A DNA stretch of 64,000 nucleotides from an uncultured Candidatus Saccharibacteria bacterium. GTDB taxonomy: Bacteria > Patescibacteriota > Minisyncoccia > JAHISW01 > Tagabacteraceae. The position numbers were made by a program, and so were the translations under genes. Shown piece after piece: positions 9,212 through 18,179 of the stretch; position 1 is the stretch's first letter; each line of letters begins with the position of its first letter. The notes beneath the pieces are model-generated. The model saw only the letters and a program-made list of their open reading frames with translations, ran no database searches and was not told the DNA's origin. The stretch spans positions 34,376-98,375 of the forward strand of contig CAZRMW010000001.1 in NCBI GenBank assembly GCA_964601305.1. The letters are read 5' to 3'.

Positions 9212-9415
9212 TTACCCTCGTTTTCTAGGCACAATTAGAATAGCGATGAAATAAGCAAGTATTCCTGGTAAAAACCCTGAAAGAGCCATTAAAAACAATA
9301 CAACAACTCTCAAGACTGTAGGATCTATATCAAAATACTCTCCTAATCCCCCGAGTATACCCGCAAAAACTCTGTTATCCTCACTTCTATAAAGTTTTTT
9401 ATTTCTTACTGTCAT
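9212..9415 (-). CDS. PspC domain protein
   Basis: KKLYRS...VFAGILGGLGEYFDIDPTVLR. Confidence 0.9.
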   Translation of the reverse strand: MTVRNKKLYRSEDNRVFAGILGGLGEYFDIDPTVLRVVVLFLMALSGFLPGILAYFIAILIVPRKRG

Positions 9416-9438
9416 ATATATAGTATATAATAAAACAT

Positions 9439-10647
9439 ATGAGTTTTCTATCTTCTACAAAATATTTTGACGGGAAAATTTCTCACGGCTTTGTGTCTCT
9501 TTATACAAGCAAAACCATCACAATGATATCTGGGGGTCTTTTGGGATTGTTCCTGCCGATATTTATTTACAACCTTTTAGGACAAAACTTTCAAAAGACG
9601 ATGTTGTTCTATGGAGCTGGCTATTTTTTATATGCAATTTCTTTGTTTTTGTTTGTAAGATTTTTAAATAAATTTGGTTTTAGAAGAGCTCTTCGAGCAA
9701 GCACATTTTTGGGTGCTCTCTATTTCACATTTTTTTATTTTATAGACGAAACTAACTATTCTTATTTTCTTCCTGCTATAATTGTTGTTATAACCTTATA
9801 TAGACTCAGTTATTGGCTCCCTTACCAGGTAGATTTTGCAAAATTTACAAGCAAAAAAAACAGAGGCAAGCAAATAAGCGCAATGAAAGCAACAAGAGAA
9901 GCTATTGGAATTTTTATCCCCCTGATTGCTGGGTTGGTAATAAAAAACTTTGGCTTTGACATACTTTTTATAGTAGCAATAATTCTTTATTTAGTTTCTT
10001 ATATCCCCTACCTTACTATTCCTCGCACAAAAGAAAGATATATGTGGAACTATAAACAAACTTTAGAAAATTTAATTTCTAAAAAAAACAGAAAACAACT
10101 TATAGCCTTTATGTCCGACGGTGCAGAAACTGCCATCTCTGCAATAGTTTGGCCTATTTTTATATTTCAAGTTTTAAAGGGTGATTTCCTAAAACTTGGT
10201 GCTCTTTCAACTTTAATAATTGCTGTTACCATGTTTTTGCAACTTATGATAGGAAAAAAATTAGACAAAACTGGTCACAAAAATAAAATACTAAAATTTG
10301 GGAGTATGTTTTCCTCTATAAGTTGGGTCATAAAAATATTTGTAGTTTCGGCTTTTCATGTTTTTGTTATTGGCGCATTTCACAACATAATGAGAATATT
10401 TACGCGAATTCCTTTCGATTCTCTTACATACGAAATAGCGGCCGACGAAGGCCACTATGTAGATGAGTTTACTGTACTTCACGAAATAGCAGTATCTACA
10501 GGCAGAGTGCTAATGGTAATTTTTGCAATAATTATCTCCTTATTTTACCCAATTCAATATGTGTTTATCATTGCTGCAGTTTCAGCTATTTTCCTAAATC
10601 TTCTTCGCCCTCATCTTGCTGATGAGTCTTTAAGTACTTCTGTCTAA
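9439..10647 (+). CDS. MFS transporter
   Basis: About 12 hydrophobic helices; LNKFGFRR and GKKLDKTGHK loop motifs. Confidence 0.8.
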   Translation: MSFLSSTKYFDGKISHGFVSLYTSKTITMISGGLLGLFLPIFIYNLLGQNFQKTMLFYGAGYFLYAISLFLFVRFLNKFGFRRALRASTFLGALYFTFFYFIDETNYSYFLPAIIVVITLYRLSYWLPYQVDFAKFTSKKNRGKQISAMKATREAIGIFIPLIAGLVIKNFGFDILFIVAIILYLVSYIPYLTIPRTKERYMWNYKQTLENLISKKNRKQLIAFMSDGAETAISAIVWPIFIFQVLKGDFLKLGALSTLIIAVTMFLQLMIGKKLDKTGHKNKILKFGSMFSSISWVIKIFVVSAFHVFVIGAFHNIMRIFTRIPFDSLTYEIAADEGHYVDEFTVLHEIAVSTGRVLMVIFAIIISLFYPIQYVFIIAAVSAIFLNLLRPHLADESLSTSV

Positions 10648-13027
10648 TCTCTGACTCCACTTCGCTGGCTGGTCTACCATATTTTATAGCTGACAATTCT
10701 TTCACCTTGCTTGCCACCTGAGAACTAGTTTCTTCAGGAGGAATTGTTTGTATATTAAAAGGCTTTGTAGATTCGCCACCAACTAAAAGTTTTAGATACG
10801 CATTGTAGTTTGGTATGTTTGTTAAGTCTTCTCTTTCAAAAACCGGCTCAAACATTTTTGCTAAAAATTCTGCATCTTCTTCTCCCACTCTAAATACAGC
10901 AAGTGATCCAACGTTTCCAAAAACAGCTTTTTTTATTTCTTCGTCTAGCTGGCCAATAAATTGGTGTGCAATAGTAAGATCTAGTCGATACTTTCTTGCT
11001 TCAGACAAAATCATAGCAATAGAGTTTGTGGTAATATTTTGAAATTCGTCTATGTAGAAGTAAAAATCTTTTCTTGTGCTTTCTGGTATATCTACGCGCG
11101 ACATTGCTGCCATAAAAATTTTGCCCACAAGAAGCATACCCAAAAGATTTGCGTTTAATTCTCCAAGTCGGCCTTTGGATAGGTTTATTAGTAAAATTTT
11201 ACCATCATCCATTATTTCTCTGAAGTTGAGCGATGTGTTTTCTTGCGCTAAAATTGGCCTCATTATTTCGTTGCTTAAAAATGTATCGAATTTGCTGGTG
11301 ATATAAGGAACAATATTTGCAAGAGCTGCTTCTCCGCCAGCTTTCCCCGCAGTTTCTTTCCAAAAATTATTTACTACCGGATTGTTACTTTTTGAAAGTT
11401 TTAGTTCACGATAATCTTCATCTGTTAACACTCTGGAAATTTCTAAAAGTGTGTTACCGCTCTCTGGATCTTCCATCACAAGGAGTGTGGCGTTTCTAAA
11501 ATATTGCTCAAACATAGGGCCACCCGCCACAGACATATCGTAAAGTTTATCAAAAATCTCTAAAAGTTCGTTTACTATAAAAGTTTTCTGCTCCGGATTC
11601 TTTTTGTCGTACTCAAGCATATTTAATCCAAAAGGTCTTCTTGTGTCTGCAGGATTGAAATATACTACATCTTCCCATCTTTCTTCAGGAATTTGACCTA
11701 AAACATCTTCGAGGTCAGAACCGTGTGGATCTATAAAACACACGCCATGCCCTGCTTTTATATCTTGAAGAACCATATTTTTAAGAAGGGCAGACTTACC
11801 AGTACCAGTCTGACCAATTGTATAAAAATGCCTTCGCCTATCGTCTTCTGAAAAATGTATGTCTGTTTCTTTTCCTCTGAAGAAATTTTTTCCAAGTACA
11901 ACGCCTTTTTGTTGTAAACTTACAGGAGGCTCTGTATTTCTTGTTTTTGAAAGTTTTACTTTTGGAGCAGAAAGACCATAGGAAGGAAAATGAAAAATAC
12001 TTGTAAGCTCTTCTGTGTTTAAATGAAGAGATTCTTTTTCATTAAACAATCTAAAAGAAAAATTATGGAAAAAGTTTTTTAACACAGATCCCTTTAAATC
12101 GTTTGCAACAAAAGCATTGCCCATTACAGAAGAATATTGAGAAAAAGCGCTTTTAACTTGGTTTAAAATACTTTGTGATCGTTCTGTAGTTTGTGAAGAA
12201 ACAACTAGCCGAATATTTGCCCTCATTATTGGCTTCGCAATTTTTTTATTTAAAAAACTTAAAATTTCTGTATTTGCTTCTCTTTCCATAGAAGAAAGCG
12301 CAGACACACCATCTTTGTTTGAATGAATAGTACCCCCCGTGGCCACTTTAAGAAACGAATGTTGCAAACTTTCCCCACCTTTTAAAGCAGATTTTACTGG
12401 CTCTCCAGAATTAATGAGGTTAATAGATTTTTGTACACTTTTTTTAAAATTTGTTTCTTGGGGATCTATTATTATTTGAAGAGAGGCTCCTTCTTTATCT
12501 CTTTCTAAATCAGAAAAAGTGTTCACTACCACTTCAAGTGGGCTTGTTTCTAATTCTTCGTATGTTTTTATTGGCAACACATCGCTAGTTTTTAGTTTTA
12601 GTGTGGCCCCTGCGTTTGGCGCGCCATATTTAAAAATATTATAATCCGCTTTTTCTTCGCGAATTTCTGCTGTTGGGAAAACGGCACGGACTTGATTTTG
12701 AAAAACAGAAATTTTGTCTCTCGGTACAGCCACATAAAAATTAATCTCATTTTCTGTAGACGGAGAAACTATTTCTAGAGAAAAATAAGAACCTAAGTTT
12801 AGCATTCCCATATAAAACTGTTCCATTTTAGAAACAAGCTCTTTGAAAGGCTTTTCTTCTTTTTGGCTTCTTGGGAAACTGACTTCGTACAAAGAAAGAT
12901 CGAGCGCATGCCTTAGATCAGAATCTCTTTTTTGCCTCAAAACAAAAAACAAAAGAAGTCCTATTAAAATAAAAAATAGAGGAAGTATAACAAAAGGACT
13001 AAACAAAAGATCTAATGATTTTGACAT
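10586..13027 (-). CDS. TraD/TrwB/VirB4-like P-loop ATPase
   Basis: RRRHFYTIGQTGTGKS, IDPHG, YIDEFQ, SEARKY; N-terminal TM. Confidence 0.85.
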   Translation of the reverse strand: MSKSLDLLFSPFVILPLFFILIGLLLFFVLRQKRDSDLRHALDLSLYEVSFPRSQKEEKPFKELVSKMEQFYMGMLNLGSYFSLEIVSPSTENEINFYVAVPRDKISVFQNQVRAVFPTAEIREEKADYNIFKYGAPNAGATLKLKTSDVLPIKTYEELETSPLEVVVNTFSDLERDKEGASLQIIIDPQETNFKKSVQKSINLINSGEPVKSALKGGESLQHSFLKVATGGTIHSNKDGVSALSSMEREANTEILSFLNKKIAKPIMRANIRLVVSSQTTERSQSILNQVKSAFSQYSSVMGNAFVANDLKGSVLKNFFHNFSFRLFNEKESLHLNTEELTSIFHFPSYGLSAPKVKLSKTRNTEPPVSLQQKGVVLGKNFFRGKETDIHFSEDDRRRHFYTIGQTGTGKSALLKNMVLQDIKAGHGVCFIDPHGSDLEDVLGQIPEERWEDVVYFNPADTRRPFGLNMLEYDKKNPEQKTFIVNELLEIFDKLYDMSVAGGPMFEQYFRNATLLVMEDPESGNTLLEISRVLTDEDYRELKLSKSNNPVVNNFWKETAGKAGGEAALANIVPYITSKFDTFLSNEIMRPILAQENTSLNFREIMDDGKILLINLSKGRLGELNANLLGMLLVGKIFMAAMSRVDIPESTRKDFYFYIDEFQNITTNSIAMILSEARKYRLDLTIAHQFIGQLDEEIKKAVFGNVGSLAVFRVGEEDAEFLAKMFEPVFEREDLTNIPNYNAYLKLLVGGESTKPFNIQTIPPEETSSQVASKVKELSAIKYGRPASEVESEIRQKYLKTHQQDEGEEDLGK

Positions 13028-13393
13028 TTACTTTATTTGTTGAGTGGAAAATTCCTGAACCAAGCGATCGTGAAAAGCATCGTCTATTGCAGGATCTAAG
13101 TTCTTAGAAACTTTTGCAGCATTTACGATTCCCTTCTGTTCTGCAAACTTAAAAAGATTATCTACCGCTTTTTGCACTTCTCCTTGAGCAGGGTCTATTA
13201 TCGCCTTTTCTACACTTTTCAAATCTTCCCCCGAAATCAAATTTTCTTTAGAATAAATTTGTTCTGGCTTAAGCTGAACGTGCTCGCCTACTATTTCTCG
13301 AGTCTGCTCTGGACTGCTTTCAACTTTTTCCCTAAGACCTTGCCACTCCTGTTGCGGACTAATTTTCTGTTCAAATTGTTGTTCATTTGTCAT
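13028..13393 (-). CDS. Hypothetical protein
   Basis: 121-aa ORF abutting the ATPase; TGnTATAAT directly upstream. Confidence 0.7.
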   Translation of the reverse strand: MTNEQQFEQKISPQQEWQGLREKVESSPEQTREIVGEHVQLKPEQIYSKENLISGEDLKSVEKAIIDPAQGEVQKAVDNLFKFAEQKGIVNAAKVSKNLDPAIDDAFHDRLVQEFSTQQIK

Positions 13394-13439
13394 AAGCTTA
13401 TTATATCACAAATTCAAACACTTTTGGTATATCTACACC

Positions 13440-13468
13440 AAAATAACGGAGTTGAACTCCGTTATTTT
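13440..13468. repeat. Palindromic element, inverted copy at 17430-17458
   Basis: AAAATAACGGAGTTGAACTCCGTTATTTT. Confidence 0.8.
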
Positions 13469-13476
13469 CTGTTATT

Positions 13477-14673
13477 TTATTTTCTACCTCTCTTAAACGC
13501 TTTTATAAAGACATCTTCTATTATATCAAAATCTTCTATCCCCAAAGAAACTCTCAAGAGATACGGATCTATTCCTATTCTCTTCTTTTTTATTTCAGAG
13601 ACTTGCGCGTGTGTCATGTAAAAAGGGTTACAAAACATAGTATCTGTGCACCCTAAGCTTACAGCAAAAGCAATACCGCTTTTTATCAAAGAATTTACAA
13701 ATTTTTCCAAGTCTACACTTTTATTGTTTAAAACAAAAGATACGACACCCCCAAAAGCAAAATCTTCAGAAACATGCAGGCTTCCAACACAAGAAGGATT
13801 CCTTACTCTCAAAGCTTCAACCATAGAATACTCAGCCTCTTCTGAAAAAGGTAGGTTTAATCTTCCTGGATAAAAAACTTTTTCTACTTCTCCTGTTTTT
13901 ACTTTTTTTTCTATAAAATTTGCAAACAAAAGTGCGTTTATACCATGCCTTTCCATTCGTAAATTAAAAGTCTCAAGCCCTCTCATTAATAAAGTGCAGT
14001 AATCTGGAGACAAAATTCCACCCAAAGCAGTTCTCATTTCTCTTATTTTTTCGAAATACCCCTCATCATTTGTAGCAACAATCCCAGCCAACAAATCACC
14101 ATGCCCGTTTAAATACTTTGACGCACTTTCAACAACAATATCTATGCCGTGTAATATCGGTATCTGAAAGAAAGGTGTAGCAAAAGTATTGTCTATTATA
14201 CTTATGCTCCCTGTTTTTTTTGACACTTTGGCAATACCAGATAAATTAACCATCTCAAGGCAAGGATTATTTGGACTTTCTGTAAAAACAAATTTAGGAG
14301 TATTTGTATGAATTGCCCTTTCAAATTCTTTCACACCTCGTCTTAAAACTGTTGTTCCAAGGTTGGGTAAATTTTCTGAAAAGAATTTATCTGAACCACC
14401 ATACAAAACATCTCCTACCAAACAAACATCTCCAGTTCTAGAAAAAGCTAAAATCGTAGATATAATAGCAGCCATACCTGAAGAAAAAACCAAAGCATAT
14501 TTTGCACCCTCAAGTTCTGCTATCTTTTTCTCTGCTTCAACAAAACTTGGGTTATTCACTCTTGTGTAGGCAAATCCCTCTTTTTCCCCAAAAAAAACAT
14601 CTCTAGCTTCTTTTAAAGAACTAAAGCCAAAAGCACTTGTTCTAGAAATATCGGGCCTGTGATTTTTATTCAT
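13477..14673 (-). CDS. PLP-dependent Cys/Met metabolism enzyme (methionine gamma-lyase/cystathionine gamma-synthase family)
   Basis: YTRVNNP, FSSGMAAI, DNTFATP, SASKYLNGHGD, LRVSLGIED; AGGAGG SD. Confidence 0.9.
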   Translation of the reverse strand: MNKNHRPDISRTSAFGFSSLKEARDVFFGEKEGFAYTRVNNPSFVEAEKKIAELEGAKYALVFSSGMAAIISTILAFSRTGDVCLVGDVLYGGSDKFFSENLPNLGTTVLRRGVKEFERAIHTNTPKFVFTESPNNPCLEMVNLSGIAKVSKKTGSISIIDNTFATPFFQIPILHGIDIVVESASKYLNGHGDLLAGIVATNDEGYFEKIREMRTALGGILSPDYCTLLMRGLETFNLRMERHGINALLFANFIEKKVKTGEVEKVFYPGRLNLPFSEEAEYSMVEALRVRNPSCVGSLHVSEDFAFGGVVSFVLNNKSVDLEKFVNSLIKSGIAFAVSLGCTDTMFCNPFYMTHAQVSEIKKKRIGIDPYLLRVSLGIEDFDIIEDVFIKAFKRGRK

Positions 14674-14733
14674 CTTTTCCTCCTATTTAGTTATCAAGGT
14701 TTATATAGATATGTTATAATAAATAACATAAAA

Positions 14734-16575
14734 ATGGTAGAGAAAGTATCAAAACAAATCGCAGTTATTATGCTTGGAACAATGTTTCTACTATTGTTTT
14801 TTTCCGCATGGGGAGATTCTGCCACAATGGACGAATTGGCGCACATCCCTGCTGGATACTCATATCTTTCAGAGCAAGACTTTCGTATAAACCCTGAGCA
14901 CCCCCCACTTATAAAAGATTTGTCTGCTATTCCATTAATGTTTCTAAATCTCAATTTTCCTACTGACGATCCATCATGGACAGTGGCTATAAACGGACAG
15001 TGGGACTTGGGGCGAATATTTATTTACGAATCTGGCAACGATGCAGACCAAATAATATTTTGGTCTCGCCTACCAATAATGCTTTTAGCAATCCTGTTTG
15101 GATGGATGTTTTTCAAATGGATACGCGGACTTTATGGCGACAAAGTTGCACTTCTTGCTCTTTTCTTTTTTGTATCTTCACCTACATTTTTAGCGCATTC
15201 TAGATATGTTACCACGGACTTGGCTGCAGCATTTGGATTTTTCATTGGATTAGCCTCGTTTATAAATTTTATCCGGAGAGATACAAAAAAAGATTTGATC
15301 ATTGCTGGAATAGCTTTTGGGGTAGCTCAACTATTAAAATTTTCTTTAGTAATACTTGTTCCTATATATATTATTTTGGGCATACTTTGGGTTTTCCTAA
15401 AAAATTATGAAAATTTTGCTTTTGGCAAATTCATAAAAGAATCTCTTGTAATAGGTGGGAAAATAATTCTTATTGGATTAATTGGGTTAGCAATAGTGTG
15501 GCCTACATATGTATACCACACTTGGAATTATCCCATGGAAAGACAAGTTTCGGATATGTCTCATATCTTAAACACTTTTAGAGTTAAAATAATTTCCAAT
15601 TCTGTAATATGGATGGCGAGCATGCCAAGCCTCCGCGCACTTGGAGAGTACTTATTTGGTATTTTGATGGTTATGCAAAGAGCAGCAGGAGGAAATAATG
15701 TCTTTCTTCTTGGAGAAGTTGCAAACAAAGGTTGGCCAATTTATTTTCCTCTTCTTTATTTACTAAAAGAACATTTAGCTTTAAATATTCTGGCTTTAAT
15801 TTCTATGCTATTTGGCCTAAACAACATCAGAAAAAGCAAGGATAAAAATTTAAAAACTTTTTTTGCATGGCTAAAAGATAATTTTGCTCTCACTACTAGT
15901 TTTATTTTTATTGCTATTTATTGGGCTCAAGCAATTACTAGTCCGCTAAATATTGGAGTACGGCATGTGCTACCAACTTTTCCATTTATTTATTTATTAA
16001 TATCCAGACAAACCATACGCTGGGTGAAAGGTTATTCCTTGGAAACTCCTTCAGATTTTTTGGGCGCACTAAAAAGTTTTTACAGAAACTATTTAAGGCC
16101 ACTTAAAAGGGGTCTTTGTTTGATATTGCTTTTGTCGTGGATGGCTATAGCTACGCTCATTACATATCCACACTATCTTTCTTATTACAACGAGCTTGGT
16201 GGTGGCACCTGGAATGGATACAAAATAGCCGTAGACTCAAACTACGATTGGGGGCAAGACTTGAAAAGACTTGTAGCTTTTTTTGAAACTGTTCCTGAAA
16301 GTGAAAAACAAAATGGAATAGCTATAGATTATTTTGGAGGTGGAAATCCCCACTATTATTTTGGAGACCAAGCAAAGATTTGGCACTCAAATACAGGTAG
16401 TCCTATAGACCATGGAATTACTTGGTTTGCAGTATCTGCTACATTTTTTCAAGAATCTCGAGCAGTGCCAGTAAAAGGTTTTATTCGTTTACCCGAAGAT
16501 ACATTTAGCTGGCTAGGAGACAAAAAACCCGTCGCCCGCGCAGGCACTTCTATATTTATATACAAATTTGAGTAA
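14734..16575 (+). CDS. GT-C (ArnT/PMT, GT39-like) membrane glycosyltransferase
   Basis: ATMDELAHIPAG, NPEHPPL, many TM helices, DSNYDWGQDL; start moved to the ATG after TGTTATAAT. Confidence 0.8.
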   Translation: MVEKVSKQIAVIMLGTMFLLLFFSAWGDSATMDELAHIPAGYSYLSEQDFRINPEHPPLIKDLSAIPLMFLNLNFPTDDPSWTVAINGQWDLGRIFIYESGNDADQIIFWSRLPIMLLAILFGWMFFKWIRGLYGDKVALLALFFFVSSPTFLAHSRYVTTDLAAAFGFFIGLASFINFIRRDTKKDLIIAGIAFGVAQLLKFSLVILVPIYIILGILWVFLKNYENFAFGKFIKESLVIGGKIILIGLIGLAIVWPTYVYHTWNYPMERQVSDMSHILNTFRVKIISNSVIWMASMPSLRALGEYLFGILMVMQRAAGGNNVFLLGEVANKGWPIYFPLLYLLKEHLALNILALISMLFGLNNIRKSKDKNLKTFFAWLKDNFALTTSFIFIAIYWAQAITSPLNIGVRHVLPTFPFIYLLISRQTIRWVKGYSLETPSDFLGALKSFYRNYLRPLKRGLCLILLLSWMAIATLITYPHYLSYYNELGGGTWNGYKIAVDSNYDWGQDLKRLVAFFETVPESEKQNGIAIDYFGGGNPHYYFGDQAKIWHSNTGSPIDHGITWFAVSATFFQESRAVPVKGFIRLPEDTFSWLGDKKPVARAGTSIFIYKFE

Positions 16576-16582
16576 TATTCGC

Positions 16583-16636
16583 CTAATATGGTGAAAATCA
16601 CCCGAGATTTCACCATATTAAACAAAAAATCGCCAG
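16583..16636. repeat. Cassette 3' scaffold (hairpin plus start of terminator), copy 1
   Basis: 52/54 identical to 17468-17521. Confidence 0.9.
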
Positions 16637-16665
16637 TTGAGCTTAGCCCAACTGGCGATTTAATT

Positions 16666-16914
16666 TTATTGTATTTTTCTCCTGTAAAGAATGGAAAAAA
16701 AGATTGAATAACCGAAGAACACCCCAGACATAACCCAAGCAAACAAAAATCCAATACTATCTACGGGTCGAGGAAAAATAAAGCCCAAAAAAAGAAACAC
16801 AATACCAACCACTAAGGTATACGACGCCTGCCAAAACCAATCGTCAAGTTTTGCTTTTTTGTCCTCATTCAAATCACCTACTCTTATTTCTCTAAACTTA
16901 AACTTGTCTTCCAC
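16666..16914 (-). CDS. Small two-TM hypothetical protein
   Basis: GTG at 16914 preceded by AAGGAGG; shorter than the ORF-track call. Confidence 0.55.
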   Translation of the reverse strand: MEDKFKFREIRVGDLNEDKKAKLDDWFWQASYTLVVGIVFLFLGFIFPRPVDSIGFLFAWVMSGVFFGYSIFFSILYRRKIQ

Positions 16915-16957
16915 AGCACCCTCCTTTTGTGTTTTTATTAAAATTTCAATTCCCATG

Positions 16958-17275
16958 CTATAGTAAAGCATCTGTCCCCTTTTCCCACACATCACACAGA
17001 CAGGGCCTGTGCATATAAGTAAACAAGTATACAAGCGAAAGAAAAAATGGAATAAAAGTAAAAATCAAAAAAAATGAACTATAACTATTAAAAAATAAGA
17101 AAAAAAGATCTACTAACAAAAAAATAAAACCAATAAAAAAAGAAAAAACTCCATTTGTTAATGCACTTAAATATTGGGTATCAATTTGCCTTATTTTTTC
17201 ATCTTTCAAATAATCAAAACTAAATTCTTTGAAAGAAAAATTTTTTCTTGCTTTTAACAATTTTTGGTAAAACAC
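16958..17275 (-). CDS. Two-TM hypothetical protein
   Basis: GTG start after AAGGAGG. Confidence 0.55.
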   Translation of the reverse strand: MFYQKLLKARKNFSFKEFSFDYLKDEKIRQIDTQYLSALTNGVFSFFIGFIFLLVDLFFLFFNSYSSFFLIFTFIPFFLSLVYLFTYMHRPCLCDVWEKGTDALL

Positions 17276-17338
17276 AATGAACCTCCTTAGTTGTTAGTTT
17301 ATTTTTATTTTTCAAAATACACTTCCCTTTTTGTAGTT

Positions 17339-17420
17339 TTCTCTAAATTTTATACCACAAATTGTTTTTCAACACAATGGTAACCTATCTAGTGCTATAG
17401 CAGATGTCGTGTTCCATTTT
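17339..17420 (-). promoter_or_regulatory. Cassette 5' scaffold copy 1: TTGTGT-17-TATAAA promoter with extended TG, plus GC-TATA-GC hairpin
   Basis: Repeated at 17943-18024. Confidence 0.7.
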
Positions 17421-17429
17421 TAAAATAAC

Positions 17430-17458
17430 AAAATAACGGAGTTCAACTCCGTTATTTT
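17430..17458. repeat. Palindromic element (GAGTTCAACTC core)
   Basis: AAAATAACGGAGTTCAACTCCGTTATTTT. Confidence 0.8.
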
Positions 17459-17467
17459 AAATATTAG

Positions 17468-17521
17468 CTAATATGGTGAAAATCACCAGAGATTTCACCA
17501 TATTAAACAAAAAACCGCCAG
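17468..17521. repeat. Cassette 3' scaffold, copy 2
   Basis: 52/54 identical to 16583-16636. Confidence 0.9.
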
Positions 17522-17555
17522 GCCTTTTCAGGTTCTGGTGGTTTAAATTTATCTG

Positions 17556-17906
17556 TTATTTTTTCTTGGGGCAAAAATGACAAGTTTCTGCACCTCTTTT
17601 TACTTCCCCTTCGCAAGTAGTACATATCTTTACTTTTTTGTTTTGATCTTTGACTGTATACCTCAAATAACATCCTACAAAAAAAAGAAAAATCGAGAAA
17701 ACAAGATTGGTGATACTTATCGCCCATATTACCCGCATACTAAAATCTTGTAGGAATAAAAATCCACTTCCCACACATACATACAAATACACAGCCACGA
17801 GAATTCGAAATATGCCAGCCTCTTCTTTGTTAAAATCTTCAAGCCCAAAATCCCTGAATTTATTATATTTCAAAATCTTCTTTCCTATTAATTCTGGCAT
17901 TAGCAT
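17556..17906 (-). CDS. Two-TM protein with C-terminal zinc ribbon
   Basis: CTTC...CHFC; G-rich SD. Confidence 0.65.
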   Translation of the reverse strand: MLMPELIGKKILKYNKFRDFGLEDFNKEEAGIFRILVAVYLYVCVGSGFLFLQDFSMRVIWAISITNLVFSIFLFFVGCYLRYTVKDQNKKVKICTTCEGEVKRGAETCHFCPKKK

Positions 17907-17942
17907 AGTACCCCCTTTTTCCCAATTTTTTGTATTTTTAAA

Positions 17943-18024
17943 TTCTCTAAATTTTATACCACAAATTATTTTGAATTACAATGGTAACCTATCCACTGCT
18001 ATCGCTTTAAATAGGTTCCATTTT
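17943..18024 (-). promoter_or_regulatory. Cassette 5' scaffold copy 2
   Basis: TTGTAA-17-TATAAA plus GC-GATA-GC hairpin; first 25 nt identical to 17339-17363. Confidence 0.7.
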
Positions 18025-18179
18025 CTATCCTCTCAATTTCTCACGCTTGTCCGCCTTTGGAGGAATCGTAGTATTTAGAGAGAATAGAAAAAATTAAATA
18101 ATCACACAACTGTGGCTATAACTTGAGTTGTGTGATTTTTGTTAAAATCAGCGAGACTAGCGAGGTTCAACCTCACTAG

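Noticed and set aside
10586-10647. 62-bp convergent overlap of MFS and ATPase genes
   Set aside because: Only non-conserved-looking tails overlap; ordinary in compact genomes
10586-13027. Conjugative element
   Set aside because: Lone coupling-protein-like ATPase with no relaxase, mating-pair genes or integrase; such ATPases are common chromosomal CPR genes
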